Shown: positions 43,450 through 54,325 of the stretch, in pieces
Position numbering within the stretch: position 1 is the first letter of the stretch
How the letters are laid out: the number at the start of each line of letters is the position of its first letter
From: Candidatus Binatia bacterium
GTDB lineage: Bacteria; Desulfobacterota; Binatia; Bin18
Direction: 5' to 3'
Assembly: GCA_963666315.2 (NCBI GenBank)
Contig: CAXXHG010000039.1
Location: 96,001-160,000, forward strand
Length of the DNA: 64,000 nt
Notes under the pieces: model-generated
What the model was told of the DNA's origin: nothing
Databases searched by the model: none
The model's input: only the letters and a program-made list of their open reading frames with translations
Position numbers and translations under genes: made by a program

Positions 43450-43552
43450 GTTCATGCTTCGACAGGCTTAGCACGAACGGGGATACTCTACAGAATAAGC
43501 TGAATCCGCCCACCCTGAGCTTGTCAAAGCCTTTCCTGAGCGCTGCCGAAGG
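43450..43552. repeat. REP-like palindrome family (CTTCGACAGGCT / CTGAGCTTGTC)
   Basis: An inverted pair plus a partial third copy, CCTGAGCGCTGCCGAAGG. Confidence 0.6.
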
Positions 43553-43633
43553 GGGCGAGCCATCATAAAGGGATAGGCATCAAGCAGAGGCGCATAACTC
43601 GACGCGTATCACCTCAGGACGTGCTCTTATACA

Positions 43634-44515
43634 ATGGACGAACTCATACGAAAAGCCGATATTCTGCTTGATGCCTTGCCGTTTATCCGTCGTTTTTCCG
43701 GCAAAACGATAGTCATTAAATATGGCGGCCATGCCATGGAGGACGAGGATCTCAAGCAGAAGTTTGCTGAGGACATTGTGCTGCTCAAATTTGTGGGCAT
43801 GAATCCCGTCGTCATCCATGGCGGTGGTCCGCAAATCGGGCACATGCTCAAGCGCCTGGACATTGCCTCCAGCTTCGTGCGGGGCATGCGGGTGACTGAC
43901 GCTGCGACCATGGAAGTCGTGGAAATGGTTCTGAACCGCGTCAACAAAGAAATTGTGACATTGATCAATCAATACGGGAGTCCGGCCGTTGGCCTGAGCG
44001 GGAAAGACGGTGAACTCGTGGTTGCGCGCAAAATGCTGCTTGATAGAGACGAACCGGATCAACCCGCGCAGCACGACCTCGGCTTTGTCGGAGAGATTGT
44101 CGGCGTGAATCCGCGGGTGATACATGCGCTGACCGCGCAGGGGTTTATTCCCGTGATCGCGCCGATCGGCATTGGCCAAGCTGGAGAGACGTTTAATATC
44201 AACGCCGATCTTGTTGCCGGCAAAGTGGCCGAAGCACTTCAGGCTGAGAAATTTATTTTGCTGACGGACGTGCCAGGCATCAACGATAAAGACGGCAATC
44301 TGCTGTCGACCGTCTCCGCAACACAGGCCCAAGAACTCATCGACGACGGCACCATCAGCGCGGGCATGATCCCGAAGGTAGAATGCTGCATTGCCGCCTT
44401 GCACGGCGGGGTACACAAAACCCATATTCTGGACGGTCGGGTGCGGCACTCCGTCCTCTTAGAGATCCTGACCAAAGAAGGGATAGGGACCGAAGTCAGC
44501 CGGCAGCCGGTTTAG
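43634..44515 (+). CDS. argB: Acetylglutamate kinase
   Basis: [27 protein letters not shown] and GMIPKV. Confidence 0.97.
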   Translation: MDELIRKADILLDALPFIRRFSGKTIVIKYGGHAMEDEDLKQKFAEDIVLLKFVGMNPVVIHGGGPQIGHMLKRLDIASSFVRGMRVTDAATMEVVEMVLNRVNKEIVTLINQYGSPAVGLSGKDGELVVARKMLLDRDEPDQPAQHDLGFVGEIVGVNPRVIHALTAQGFIPVIAPIGIGQAGETFNINADLVAGKVAEALQAEKFILLTDVPGINDKDGNLLSTVSATQAQELIDDGTISAGMIPKVECCIAALHGGVHKTHILDGRVRHSVLLEILTKEGIGTEVSRQPV

Positions 44516-44664
44516 ATCTAACCGGTCTCTTTCTTGCTCCCGGTTCCAGCTCTTGGCAAAGACCAGGCGCAGGTGTATACGGATGGACTTCCGCTGTGTT
44601 TCTCGTGTTTGTACAGACTGGGCGCGGAATATTTTTCGAACGAAGCTGCCAGGGGGAAAAGACA

Positions 44665-45858
44665 ATGGTCATGACAAGCCAGGAAATCATCGATCTTAAT
44701 AATAAATATCTGTGTTCGACCTACGCCCGTTTCCCGGTTGCTTTCGTACGTGGCGAGGGCTGTCGGCTGTGGGATGCCGAAGGCAAGTCCTATCTGGATT
44801 TCTTTGCCAGCCTGGCGGTGCTGAACTTGGGCCAGTGCCATCCTGCTGTGGTGAAAGCGGTGCAGGAGCAAGTCGCGACCCTGACCCATATCTCCAATCT
44901 GCATTATATTATCCCCCAAGCGCGTTTGGCGGAATTACTGTGTACGCATTCGTTTGCCGACAAAGTCTTCTTTTGCAACAGCGGTGCGGAAGCGAATGAG
45001 GCCTCCATTAAACTGGCTCGTAAATATGGGGTCGAAAATCGCGACGGCCGGTACGAGATCCTGACGGTGCTGGGATCTTTTCATGGCCGCACTATGGCCA
45101 CCATTGCCGCCACTGGCCAAGAAAAAGTCCGCCAAGGCTTTGGGCCGGTGCTTGAAGGGTTTCGCTATGTGCCGTTTGGCGATCTGGATGCCATGGCGTC
45201 TGCGATTTCCGATAAAACTGTGGCGATTTTAGTCGAGCCGATTCTCGGCGAGGGTGGGGTCGTCGTCCCTCCGCCGGGCTATCTCAAGGGGCTGCGTGAG
45301 CTGTGTGATCGCAACGGTCTGTTGCTGATTCTCGACGAAGTCCAAGTCGGCATCGGGAGGACAGGCAAACTCTTTGCCTACGAACATGAAGGGGTTACGC
45401 CGGATATCATGCCGTTGGCGAAAGCGCTGGGTGGCGGTGTCCCTATCGGTGCCATGCTGGCCAAAGCGGACGTGGCAGAAAGCCTCAGCCTCGGTTCGCA
45501 CGGCTCAACCTTCGGTGGGAATGCGATTGCGTGCGCGGCCGGTGTTGCCGTGATTGAAACCTTGCTCAACGATGGCGTGCTCGATAATTGTGCGGAAATG
45601 GGCGCCTACTTCTTGGGTAAGCTGAACGCACTGAAAGAGAAATTCTCTTTTATTACCGACGTGCGTGGTCAAGGCCTCATTCTGGGAGCCGAGCTTGATC
45701 GCGAAGGCGGAAAGATTGCGGATACCTGTCTCAGAGAAGGCGTCATGATTAATTGCGCTGCGGGGAAAGTTTTGCGCTTCCTGCCTCCGCTTATTATCAC
45801 CAAGGAAGAAATCGATGAGGGCTTAGACATCGTAGAGAAAGTGCTGGTCCAGCAATGA
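44665..45858 (+). CDS. argD: Acetylornithine aminotransferase
   Basis: NSGAEANE, SFHGRT, DEVQVGIGRTG, LAKALGGG and HGSTFGGN. Confidence 0.93.
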   Translation: MVMTSQEIIDLNNKYLCSTYARFPVAFVRGEGCRLWDAEGKSYLDFFASLAVLNLGQCHPAVVKAVQEQVATLTHISNLHYIIPQARLAELLCTHSFADKVFFCNSGAEANEASIKLARKYGVENRDGRYEILTVLGSFHGRTMATIAATGQEKVRQGFGPVLEGFRYVPFGDLDAMASAISDKTVAILVEPILGEGGVVVPPPGYLKGLRELCDRNGLLLILDEVQVGIGRTGKLFAYEHEGVTPDIMPLAKALGGGVPIGAMLAKADVAESLSLGSHGSTFGGNAIACAAGVAVIETLLNDGVLDNCAEMGAYFLGKLNALKEKFSFITDVRGQGLILGAELDREGGKIADTCLREGVMINCAAGKVLRFLPPLIITKEEIDEGLDIVEKVLVQQ

Positions 45859-46763
45859 AACGCGATTTGATTAGCATTGCCGACCTAGCCCAGGCTGACC
45901 TTGAGGAAATCTTCTCTCTTGCACAAGGACTCAAGGCCGACCGTCAAAAAGGCTGGCAGCATCCCATTATGGCCGGCAAAACGCTGGCCATGATTTTTGA
46001 GAAACCCAGCTTACGTACCCGTGTCACGTTCGAGGCGGGCATGGTCCAGCTCGGCGGCTATGCGATTTATCTCTCGCCCCCGGACATCGGCCTCGGCACC
46101 CGAGAAACCGTGCCCGACGTCGCCCGGAATCTCTCGTGCTGGGTCGACATCATCATGGCCCGGACGTTTTCCCATCAGGTGATTACGGAACTCGCCCAAG
46201 CGGCAACTGTTCCGGTCATCAACGGCTTGTCCGACTTACTCCATCCTTGCCAAGTGCTCGCGGATTGCCTCACCTTGATTGAGCATCGCGGCAGTCTGGA
46301 TGATCTCAAAGTCGCCTTTGTCGGCGATGGTAATAATATGGTGCACTCGTGGTTTAACGCTGCCGCGAAATTGCCGTTTCGTTTTGTGTTAGCCTGTCCG
46401 CCCGGTTACGAACCGGACCGGGAGATGGTGGAGCAGGCGCTCCAGAGTGGCGCCCGCGTCTCTGTCACGCATACGGTGGCTGAAGCCGTACGGGAAGCAG
46501 ACGCGGTGTATACCGATGTGTGGACGAGTATGGGTCAAGAGAAAGAGGGCGTTGTTCGCCGCGAGGCATTCAAAGACTATCAGGTCAACGCCGAGGTGAT
46601 GGGCTTGGCAAAGTCTGATGCGCTGGTCATGCATTGTTTACCCGCCCATCGCGGCGAAGAAATTACGGCCGAGGTGCTGGATGGGCCACAGTCCGTTGTC
46701 TTCGATCAATCCGAAAATCGCCTCCATATCCAGAAGGCCATTATGGTGTGGCTGCTCCAGTAG
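45855..46763 (+). CDS. argF: Ornithine carbamoyltransferase
   Basis: SLRTR, HPCQ, DVWTSMGQE and HCLPAHRGEE. Confidence 0.96.
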   Translation: MKRDLISIADLAQADLEEIFSLAQGLKADRQKGWQHPIMAGKTLAMIFEKPSLRTRVTFEAGMVQLGGYAIYLSPPDIGLGTRETVPDVARNLSCWVDIIMARTFSHQVITELAQAATVPVINGLSDLLHPCQVLADCLTLIEHRGSLDDLKVAFVGDGNNMVHSWFNAAAKLPFRFVLACPPGYEPDREMVEQALQSGARVSVTHTVAEAVREADAVYTDVWTSMGQEKEGVVRREAFKDYQVNAEVMGLAKSDALVMHCLPAHRGEEITAEVLDGPQSVVFDQSENRLHIQKAIMVWLLQ

Positions 46764-46914
46764 AAACGTCCAGACGCTAGCCTCTAGACGCTTTTGCCCG
46801 AGAGCCATAAAACCTCATTATGCGGCTGGGTGCTGCTGTTGAGTGAGGGAGGGGTGTGTAGGCTGGTGCCGTCTTTGGCATGCCCAGGGGACGTTTTTTG
46901 AAAGGAAATCTATT

Positions 46915-48114
46915 GTGGCAGATATCAAAAAAGTAGTCCTTGCCTATAGCGGTGGGTTAGACACCTCAGTTATTTTGCGCTGGCTTATTGATACCTATGC
47001 GTGCGAGGTCGTGGCTTTTTGTGCCGACCTGGGCCAAGGCGAAGAAGTAGACTCGATTGAAGGCAAGGCCAAGGCGGTTGGGGCAAGCGCCGTCTATATC
47101 GAAGACCTACGTGAAGAATTCGTGCGCGACTACGTTTTCCCTATCCTGCGTGCCAATGCATCCTACGAAGACGGCTATCTCCTCGGCACCTCCATCGCCA
47201 GGCCGCTGATCGCGAAGCGGCAAATCGAAATTGCGAGGCAAGAAGGTGCGGATGCCGTAGCCCATGGCGCGACCGGAAAAGGCAATGACCAGGTTCGCTT
47301 TGAACTGACATATTACGCCCTTGAGCCGCGTATCCAGGTGGTGGCTCCGTGGCGAGAGTGGGATATGCAGGGCAGGGCGGCTCTCATTGCCTATGCCGAC
47401 GAGCGGAAAATTCCTATTCCGGTCAGCAAAGAGAAGCCGTATAGCACGGATCGCAACCTGCTCCACATCAGCTTTGAGGGCGGCATACTCGAAGACCCCT
47501 GGAACGAACCGTATGAAGATATGTTCGTGATGTCTGTCTCGCCTGAGAATGCTCCGGACCAGCCGGAATATGTGGAAGTTGATTTTACTGCAGGCAATCC
47601 TACGGCGATCAACGGCGTCACACTTTCTCCGGCCAGCCTGTTGGCCAAAGCCAACGAGTTGGGTGGAAAGCATGGCATCGGCCGCTGCGATCTCGTTGAA
47701 AATCGCTATGTTGGCATGAAATCACGCGGGGTGTATGAAACACCGGGCGGGACCATTCTGTCCGTTGCTCATCGGGCTTTAGAGACGCTGACCTTGGATC
47801 GTGAAGTTGTCCATTTGCGCGACTCGTTCATCCCGCGTTACGCCGAGATGGTGTATTACGGCTATTGGTTTGCACCCGAGCGCGAGATGCTGCAAGCGGC
47901 AGTCGATGAGTCTCAGAAAAACGTGACTGGAACGGTCCGCCTCAAACTTTATAAGGGCAACGTTATCGTGGTCGGCCGAAAGTCCGATCGGACCCTCTAC
48001 AATCCTGAAGTCGCCTCGTTTGACGAAAGCGGAGACTATCGACAGGCCGACGCAGAAGGGTTTATTCGACTGAATTCACTTCGTTTGCGTATTCGCGCGC
48101 TTGCACAAAAGTAG
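46915..48114 (+). CDS. argG: Argininosuccinate synthase
   Basis: [22 protein letters not shown] and SRGVYETPG. Confidence 0.97.
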   Translation: MADIKKVVLAYSGGLDTSVILRWLIDTYACEVVAFCADLGQGEEVDSIEGKAKAVGASAVYIEDLREEFVRDYVFPILRANASYEDGYLLGTSIARPLIAKRQIEIARQEGADAVAHGATGKGNDQVRFELTYYALEPRIQVVAPWREWDMQGRAALIAYADERKIPIPVSKEKPYSTDRNLLHISFEGGILEDPWNEPYEDMFVMSVSPENAPDQPEYVEVDFTAGNPTAINGVTLSPASLLAKANELGGKHGIGRCDLVENRYVGMKSRGVYETPGGTILSVAHRALETLTLDREVVHLRDSFIPRYAEMVYYGYWFAPEREMLQAAVDESQKNVTGTVRLKLYKGNVIVVGRKSDRTLYNPEVASFDESGDYRQADAEGFIRLNSLRLRIRALAQK

Positions 48115-48206
48115 GGGTGTAGCCTTCTCTTTGTGGCTGGTGAACAGGCGGAGTGTCGCCATTCGAGAATGCTACACCCCTACCGACAAATGTTCAGCAT
48201 GTTCCT

Positions 48207-49583
48207 ATGAAACAGAAAAACACAAAAGCCTGGGCCGGACGTTTTGCCACTGCCGCCGACCCACGCATGGAAGCCTTCACGTCTTCACTTGCCGTTGACC
48301 GGCGTCTGGCGCAGTACGACATCCAAGGCAGCGTGGCCCACTGCCGGATGCTGGTGAAGCAGAAGATACTCACCCGCGCTGAGGGAGAGAAAATTCTCAA
48401 GGGACTCAAAAACGTGCAACGTGAACTGACGTGCGGACGTTTCCCTTTTCTGGCCTCGGACGAAGACATCCACATGGCTGTCGAGCGACGGCTGACGGAG
48501 AAAATAGGCCCGCTCGGTGGGAAGCTCCATACGGCTCGGAGTCGAAACGACCAGGTCTTGCTTGATGTACGCCTCTTTATGCGGGACGAGATCGCCACGA
48601 TACACAAACTCCTCACAACGTTACAGAAGCGGATCGCGCGGGTAGCAAAGCGCCATCGGACCATTGTCATGCCCGGCTACACCCATCTCCAGCGGGCCCA
48701 GCCTGTCCTCCTCGCGCATCACTTGTTGGCCTATCACGAGATGTTTAGCCGTGATGCCGAACGCTTGCAGCAATGTGCCGAGCGGGTCAATGTGTTGCCG
48801 CTCGGTGCAGGTGCGCTCGCCGGAACAACGCTGCCGATTGATCGGGCGTATGTGGCGCGTTTGCTCGGTTTCGCGCGGGTGAGTGAGAATAGTCTGGATA
48901 CTGTGGCCGACCGAGATTTCGTGGTCGAGTTTCTTTCCATAGGGGCCATGCTGGGCATGCATCTCAGTCGCCTGGCCGAAGAGCTGGTGTTGTGGTCGAG
49001 TAGTGAATTCGGATTCATCGATCTGCCTGATGCCTTTTCAACCGGCAGCTCGATGATGCCGCAAAAGAGAAATCCGGATGTGCCGGAAATCATCCGCGGC
49101 AAGACCGGGCGATTATACGGCAACCTGTTTGCTCTGCTAACCGTGCTCAAGGGGCTGCCGCTGACCTATAATCGGGATCTTCAGGAAGATAAAGAACCGT
49201 TGTTCGATAGCGTGGATACCCTCAAAGGTATTCTCACCGTCCTTGAGCCTATGTTGGGCCAGCTTCGCTTTCGCAAGGAGCGACTGCGCGAGGCCGCCTT
49301 AGGCGGATTTATGCTGGCAACCGACGTGGCGGATTACTTAGTTGAAAAAGGGCTCCCCTTTCGACGCGCGCACGCCGTGGTTGGTGCGGTAGTCCAATGG
49401 TGTGTGGCCGAGGAAAAAGAGTTGCATCAACTCACACTTGCGCAGTGGAAGCAATTCTCTCCTCTGTTCGAGAGCGATCTGTTGACTCGACTGACATTGG
49501 AGTCGGCTGTGGATCGACGGCGATCCTATGGCGGAACGGCCCGAGAGAATGTTGAACGCCAATTGCGTTCGGCGGGAGTGTAG
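48207..49583 (+). CDS. argH: Argininosuccinate lyase
   Basis: WAGRF, HTARSRNDQ, PGYTHLQRAQ and GSSMMPQKRNPD. Confidence 0.97.
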   Translation: MKQKNTKAWAGRFATAADPRMEAFTSSLAVDRRLAQYDIQGSVAHCRMLVKQKILTRAEGEKILKGLKNVQRELTCGRFPFLASDEDIHMAVERRLTEKIGPLGGKLHTARSRNDQVLLDVRLFMRDEIATIHKLLTTLQKRIARVAKRHRTIVMPGYTHLQRAQPVLLAHHLLAYHEMFSRDAERLQQCAERVNVLPLGAGALAGTTLPIDRAYVARLLGFARVSENSLDTVADRDFVVEFLSIGAMLGMHLSRLAEELVLWSSSEFGFIDLPDAFSTGSSMMPQKRNPDVPEIIRGKTGRLYGNLFALLTVLKGLPLTYNRDLQEDKEPLFDSVDTLKGILTVLEPMLGQLRFRKERLREAALGGFMLATDVADYLVEKGLPFRRAHAVVGAVVQWCVAEEKELHQLTLAQWKQFSPLFESDLLTRLTLESAVDRRRSYGGTARENVERQLRSAGV

Positions 49584-49584
49584 T

Positions 49585-50070
49585 ATGACGCGGGTAGGGG
49601 ATAGAGAGCGGGGATTGGTGTGGAGCGGAGCCGTCCTGTCTTTCATGTGTGTACTGGGTGGAATGGTGATCCTCGTTTCTGGGTGCGGACATAAGACGTC
49701 AGTTCGTCCACCCAGCCTGGTGGCACCGGAACCTATCGGTGATTTAGCCCTCAAGATCGAGGACCACGGTGTGACGCTGAACTGGACTCGCCCGCAGCGT
49801 TATATGGATGGAAGCGAGATGGACGACTTAGGCGCATTTGTGGTACTACGAGCGGTACGGGATGAGGATGCGGCGCAGCCGTTTACCCGGATTGCCCTGA
49901 TCCTTGTAGAGGATCGTGACCGCTTCCGTCAGGTGAAGAAGTTCAACTATACTGACGAGCCGCTGTCGGCTGGAATCTTGTACCGCTATCGGGTCCGTGC
50001 CGTAACCCTAGACGGCTATTTGGGGAATCTGTCAAATACGGTCGAGCTGGTCTGGCAGGACGGAGCGTAA
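49585..50070 (+). CDS. Lipoprotein with fibronectin type III-like domain
   Basis: Lipobox VSGCGHK, LNWTRP, YRYRVRAV and SN, directly after argH. Confidence 0.75.
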   Translation: MTRVGDRERGLVWSGAVLSFMCVLGGMVILVSGCGHKTSVRPPSLVAPEPIGDLALKIEDHGVTLNWTRPQRYMDGSEMDDLGAFVVLRAVRDEDAAQPFTRIALILVEDRDRFRQVKKFNYTDEPLSAGILYRYRVRAVTLDGYLGNLSNTVELVWQDGA

Positions 50071-50159
50071 GCCGTAGCCGGCACAAGCTGATACAGCACA
50101 AGCTGTACCCAGCACGAGCCGCATCAGGCCGTCCGCTCCGCCGCAGTAAGGACTTGGGT

Positions 50160-51005
50160 ATGAAACTTCCTTTTACCAAGATGCACGGCATTAGTAACGA
50201 CTACATCTATGTGAACGCATTTGAAACGCCGCTCGCCGATCCGGGGGCCGTCTCGCTCAAGATCAGTGATCGGCGAACCGGTATTGGTGGCGATGGGCTG
50301 ATTCTTATCTGTCCGTCGGAGACTGCGCATGCACGTATGGAGATGTATAACGCCGATGGCAGCCGGGGCGAGATGTGTGGCAATGGCATTCGCTGCGTGG
50401 GTAAATATATATACGACCATGGGATAGCTACGGATAACCCGCTCAAGGTGGAGACGGATGCCGGGCTCAAGGTTTTATTCCTTGATATCGAAAACGGCAG
50501 AGTTGCGCGCGTGACTGTCGACATGGGAGAACCTATCCTGGACGGCCCTCAGATTCCCGTTGCAGTGGAAGGGCAGGTGCAGTTGGTTGATCAGCCGCTG
50601 AGCGTTGATGGGCAGTTGTATCAGGTGACGTGTGTCTCGATGGGCAACCCGCACTGCGTGATCTTTGTCGATGCGGTGGAGTCTTTAGAGCTGGAGAAAA
50701 TCGGTCCGGTGTTCGAGCAGCATTCGTTTTTCCCGAATCGGGTGAATACCGAATTCATTCAAATCGTCAGCCCGGCTGAACTGAACATGCGGGTCTGGGA
50801 GCGAGGGTCCGGAGAAACGTGGGCATGCGGAACGGGCGCGTGCGCGGCCGCAGTTGCCGCCGTACTCAACCACAAAGCCGACCGGCGGGTAACCGTGCAC
50901 CTACGCGGGGGCGATCTGGACATCGAATGGCGTCTGGCGGACAATCATGTGTATATGACCGGAGCGGCGGAAGAAGTATTTGAAGGAATAGTTGAAATCG
51001 AGTAA
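50160..51005 (+). CDS. dapF: Diaminopimelate epimerase
   Basis: FTKMHG.SND, EMCGNGIRC, SMGNPH and ERGSGETWACGTG. Confidence 0.97.
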   Translation: MKLPFTKMHGISNDYIYVNAFETPLADPGAVSLKISDRRTGIGGDGLILICPSETAHARMEMYNADGSRGEMCGNGIRCVGKYIYDHGIATDNPLKVETDAGLKVLFLDIENGRVARVTVDMGEPILDGPQIPVAVEGQVQLVDQPLSVDGQLYQVTCVSMGNPHCVIFVDAVESLELEKIGPVFEQHSFFPNRVNTEFIQIVSPAELNMRVWERGSGETWACGTGACAAAVAAVLNHKADRRVTVHLRGGDLDIEWRLADNHVYMTGAAEEVFEGIVEIE

Positions 51006-51071
51006 TGTACGCGTTTGTTTTTTCTCATTGTGCTTCTCTTTCCCGAGAGGATGGGAGAACAGGAGGGCCGT

Positions 51072-51947
51072 ATGTTTTCAGGATCACTGGTCGCGCTGAT
51101 CACGCCGTTCAAAAAAAACACAGTCGACGAGCAGCGACTCGCCGATCTGGTTGAATGGCATATTAAAAGTGGCACCCACGGCATTGTCCCGTGCGGAACA
51201 ACGGGCGAGTCTGCCACCCTCTCCCCCGAAGAGCATACCCGAGTGGTGAGGCTGGTGGTGCAGGTGGCTGATAAGCGGGTACCCGTAGTAGCTGGAACAG
51301 GTTCGAACTCAACCGCCGAGGCCATTCAGCTGACGTGCGAAGCACAGGAGGTTGGGGCAGATGGGGCGCTGATGATCTCGCCCTATTATAACCGACCCCC
51401 CCAGGAAGGCATTTACCAACACTATAAAGCGGTAGCGGAAGCAGCGTCGGGATTCCCGATTGTGTTCTACAACATCCCGAGTCGAACCGGGTCCCATATT
51501 ACTCCCGCGACCATGGCCCGCTTGGCTGAGATAGAGAACATCGTCGGGGTAAAGGAAGCCTCGGGCTCGATAGACCAGGTGATTGATATCCGCCTGGCGT
51601 GCGGGGACAAACTCGCGGTCTTGTCCGGTGAAGACTCGCTGACCTTTTCCATGATGGCTCTGGGTGGGGCGGGTGTCATTAGCACAGTCGCAAATATTGC
51701 GCCCAAGGAAATGGCCGCCGTCGCGAACGCCGGCCTCAAAAAAGAATGGGACACAGCGGCCGCGCTCCAGCTTCAGCTGGTGCCTCTCATCCGTGCCTTA
51801 TTTACTGAAACGAATCCGATTCCTGTCAAGACTGCGCTCTCGCTGATGGGCATGTGTGAAGCTGAACTGCGCCTGCCGCTTGCGCCTATGGCAACGGCGA
51901 ACAAAGACAAGCTGAAAGCCGTACTGAAGCAGTATGAGCTGATTTAG
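51072..51947 (+). CDS. dapA: 4-hydroxy-tetrahydrodipicolinate synthase
   Basis: CGTTGES, PYYNRP, YNIPSRT, VKEAS and TNPIPVK. Confidence 0.97.
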   Translation: MFSGSLVALITPFKKNTVDEQRLADLVEWHIKSGTHGIVPCGTTGESATLSPEEHTRVVRLVVQVADKRVPVVAGTGSNSTAEAIQLTCEAQEVGADGALMISPYYNRPPQEGIYQHYKAVAEAASGFPIVFYNIPSRTGSHITPATMARLAEIENIVGVKEASGSIDQVIDIRLACGDKLAVLSGEDSLTFSMMALGGAGVISTVANIAPKEMAAVANAGLKKEWDTAAALQLQLVPLIRALFTETNPIPVKTALSLMGMCEAELRLPLAPMATANKDKLKAVLKQYELI

Positions 51948-52024
51948 AATATCTGGACAGTCGTGTCCTCTTACCCCCTCGCCTTATTAGGGTGAGGGGG
52001 TTTTCTTTGTAGGGGGAGAAAAAT

Positions 52025-52828
52025 ATGGCTACGAATATTGTGATATGCGGCGCAGCCGGTCGGATGGGGAAATTACTCGTCCGTTTGATTCATGAACATC
52101 CAGACGCCCAACTTGTTGGTGCGATTGAAGCAGGCGACCATCCGGCGCTTGGAGGAGATGCCGGGGAAGGAGCCGGCATAGGGTCGCTGGGGGTGCCTCT
52201 CACCAGTGACTATGCGGCAGCGGCAAACGCGGACACTGTGACGTTGGACTTTACCCTCGCCGACGTAGCGATGGCACATTTACGGACTGCCGTGGAAAAG
52301 GGGGCAGCGATCGCGATAGGCACAACCGGCCTTTCTGCGCAGCAGCAGGCTGAGGCCGAACAGCTTGCTCTGCAAAGTCGCGTCATCATCGCGCCGAATA
52401 TGAGTGTGGGGGTCAACGTCCTGATGAAAGTCGTGGCAGATGTGGCAAAGATCCTGGGTGACGATTTCGATCCTGAAATCGTCGAAATGCACCATCGCTT
52501 CAAAATCGATGCACCGAGTGGGACTGCCCTGGCCCTGGGCCGCATTATTGCTGAGGCGCAAGGCAAAGATTTTGAGCAAAGCGCCCGCATTAGTCGCCAA
52601 GGCGTCACCGGCCAGCGCACGGACGAAGAAATCGGGATTATGGCCTTGCGGGGTGGAGATGCGGTAGGCGATCACACGGTCTATTTTGTGGGTTTTGGTG
52701 AGCGGCTAGAGCTGACGCACCGGTCCCAGAGTCGTGAATGTCTCGCTCGTGGTGCCGTCCGTGCAGCGCTCTGGTTAGCAGACCAGCCCAACGGCTTGTA
52801 TTCGATGAAAGACGTGCTAGGGCTCTAA
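52025..52828 (+). CDS. dapB: 4-hydroxy-tetrahydrodipicolinate reductase
   Basis: GAAGRMG, IGTTG, APNMSVG and EMHHRFKIDAPSGTA. Confidence 0.97.
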   Translation: MATNIVICGAAGRMGKLLVRLIHEHPDAQLVGAIEAGDHPALGGDAGEGAGIGSLGVPLTSDYAAAANADTVTLDFTLADVAMAHLRTAVEKGAAIAIGTTGLSAQQQAEAEQLALQSRVIIAPNMSVGVNVLMKVVADVAKILGDDFDPEIVEMHHRFKIDAPSGTALALGRIIAEAQGKDFEQSARISRQGVTGQRTDEEIGIMALRGGDAVGDHTVYFVGFGERLELTHRSQSRECLARGAVRAALWLADQPNGLYSMKDVLGL

Positions 52829-52869
52829 GCAGGTTGGTATCTCGATTTCACGCCGGCAGCTTCTCTGTG

Positions 52870-53091
52870 CTAATGCGAAACCGGTTGCCCGAAAAGCCTA
52901 GGTGCTGGGGGCTCTCCTCGTGTTTGTGCGTCTGCCGGTTTCTCAGGCTGGGTTACGGAGGGAGATTCCGGCTTAGTTGCGGCTGCAATCGCTTCTCGCA
53001 TGCCGAAACGCCCGCTCTCGCAAAAGGATAAGATTTGATCAGTGAGAGAGGCTTTTGTCGGTTTGATTTTCTGCGTCGTATTTGAGCGCAT
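52870..53091 (-). CDS. Small hypothetical protein (73 aa)
   Basis: GGAGG RBS before ATG 53091. No recognisable motif. Confidence 0.35.
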   Translation of the reverse strand: MRSNTTQKIKPTKASLTDQILSFCESGRFGMREAIAAATKPESPSVTQPEKPADAQTRGEPPAPRLFGQPVSH

Positions 53092-53309
53092 AGCCGTAAC
53101 CCTCCGTCTTTTCTTTCCTCCGCACCACATCTACCTCTGGAGAGATTTATCGGTACTTCGCGTCGCTTTATTATCTCTGAAGCCGGGAGTTGAGGTTTTC
53201 TGTACTTCTGAGTCTCTTCACAAGTGTACAAACGCAGGCAGACGAAAAGGTCCCTCTTCCTGTTTCTATTTTACTAGAGTGTGGCGAGCGGTGTAAAGTT
53301 AAATCACCG

Positions 53310-54108
53310 CTATTCACCCCGGAATTGTGGCTCCCGCTTTTCCAGAAACGCAGCCACCGCTTCTTTGTGATCCTGACTCTTGAAAAGATAGTCGAGCCCA
53401 AAAGTTTCGGTTTTCACCGCTGTATCGAAATCACTGGTCGCTCCTTGCATAAGCGCGCGTTTTGAAACCGCCAGGGCCAGCGGGGGCAGGGCGGCGCTCT
53501 GCCCGGCCATCTCTTGCACCGTCGCCATCAGCGCGCCGCCTGGAACGGCTTTATTGACCAAACCGATTTCACACGCCTCTTTGCCTTTGAGCACTTTGGC
53601 GGTGTACACCAGCTCCAGAGCTTTGGACAAACCCACCAGCCGGGGCAGTATAAATGTCGAACCCAGCTCCGGCATCAGGCCCATCTTGGCAAAAATGGCC
53701 CCAATCGAGGCTTCTTCCGCCGCAACTCGGATGTCCTGGAGAAGAGTCAATGTGAGGCCAATGCCAACTGCTGGGCCGTTAATTGCGGCAATGATCGGTT
53801 TGCCACAATTATGTAAAGCGTACTGGAGTCCTGAGCGTGAGTGGACGACGCCGGCACTACTCCCTGTTGTGGTCTCGCCGTCACCCTTCTCGCGTTTTTC
53901 AATATCCTTCTGGAACAGCCCGCCAATATCCGCGGCCCGCGCCGGTCATGATAATGACCCGAACATCGCTACGCTTGCCGAGTGATTCATACGCGTGGGT
54001 CAGCTCGTCTCCCATCAGCGCCGTGTAGGCGTTCAATTTATCAGGCCGATTCAGCGTGACGGTTGCAATCATGTCTTGTACGTCAACCAGAATGTCTTGA
54101 TAGTCCAT
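53310..54108 (-). pseudogene. Enoyl-CoA hydratase/isomerase, frameshifting deletion at about 53935
   Basis: TLNRPDKLNA...MTGAGR in one frame, then ADIGGLF...KPIIAAINGPAVGIG...PELG...FLEKREPQF in another. The AFCAG segment is missing. Confidence 0.85.
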
Positions 54109-54325
54109 GCGTTCTCCATATGGGACAGGGATTAGCTGAGCTGTCTGTTGTACCAAATCATGACAACTTTACGAGAGGCCGTGCCGAACCCTGTCATTCT
54201 GAGGGAAGCGAAGAATCTCTCCCCTCGGCGTGAAACTATGCGCGGGCAAACGACTCTACTGCGCGCCTTTATCTGTGTGAGGGACTTGCACGCGGAGCGA
54301 GAGGCAACAACAATAAGCGCAACTC

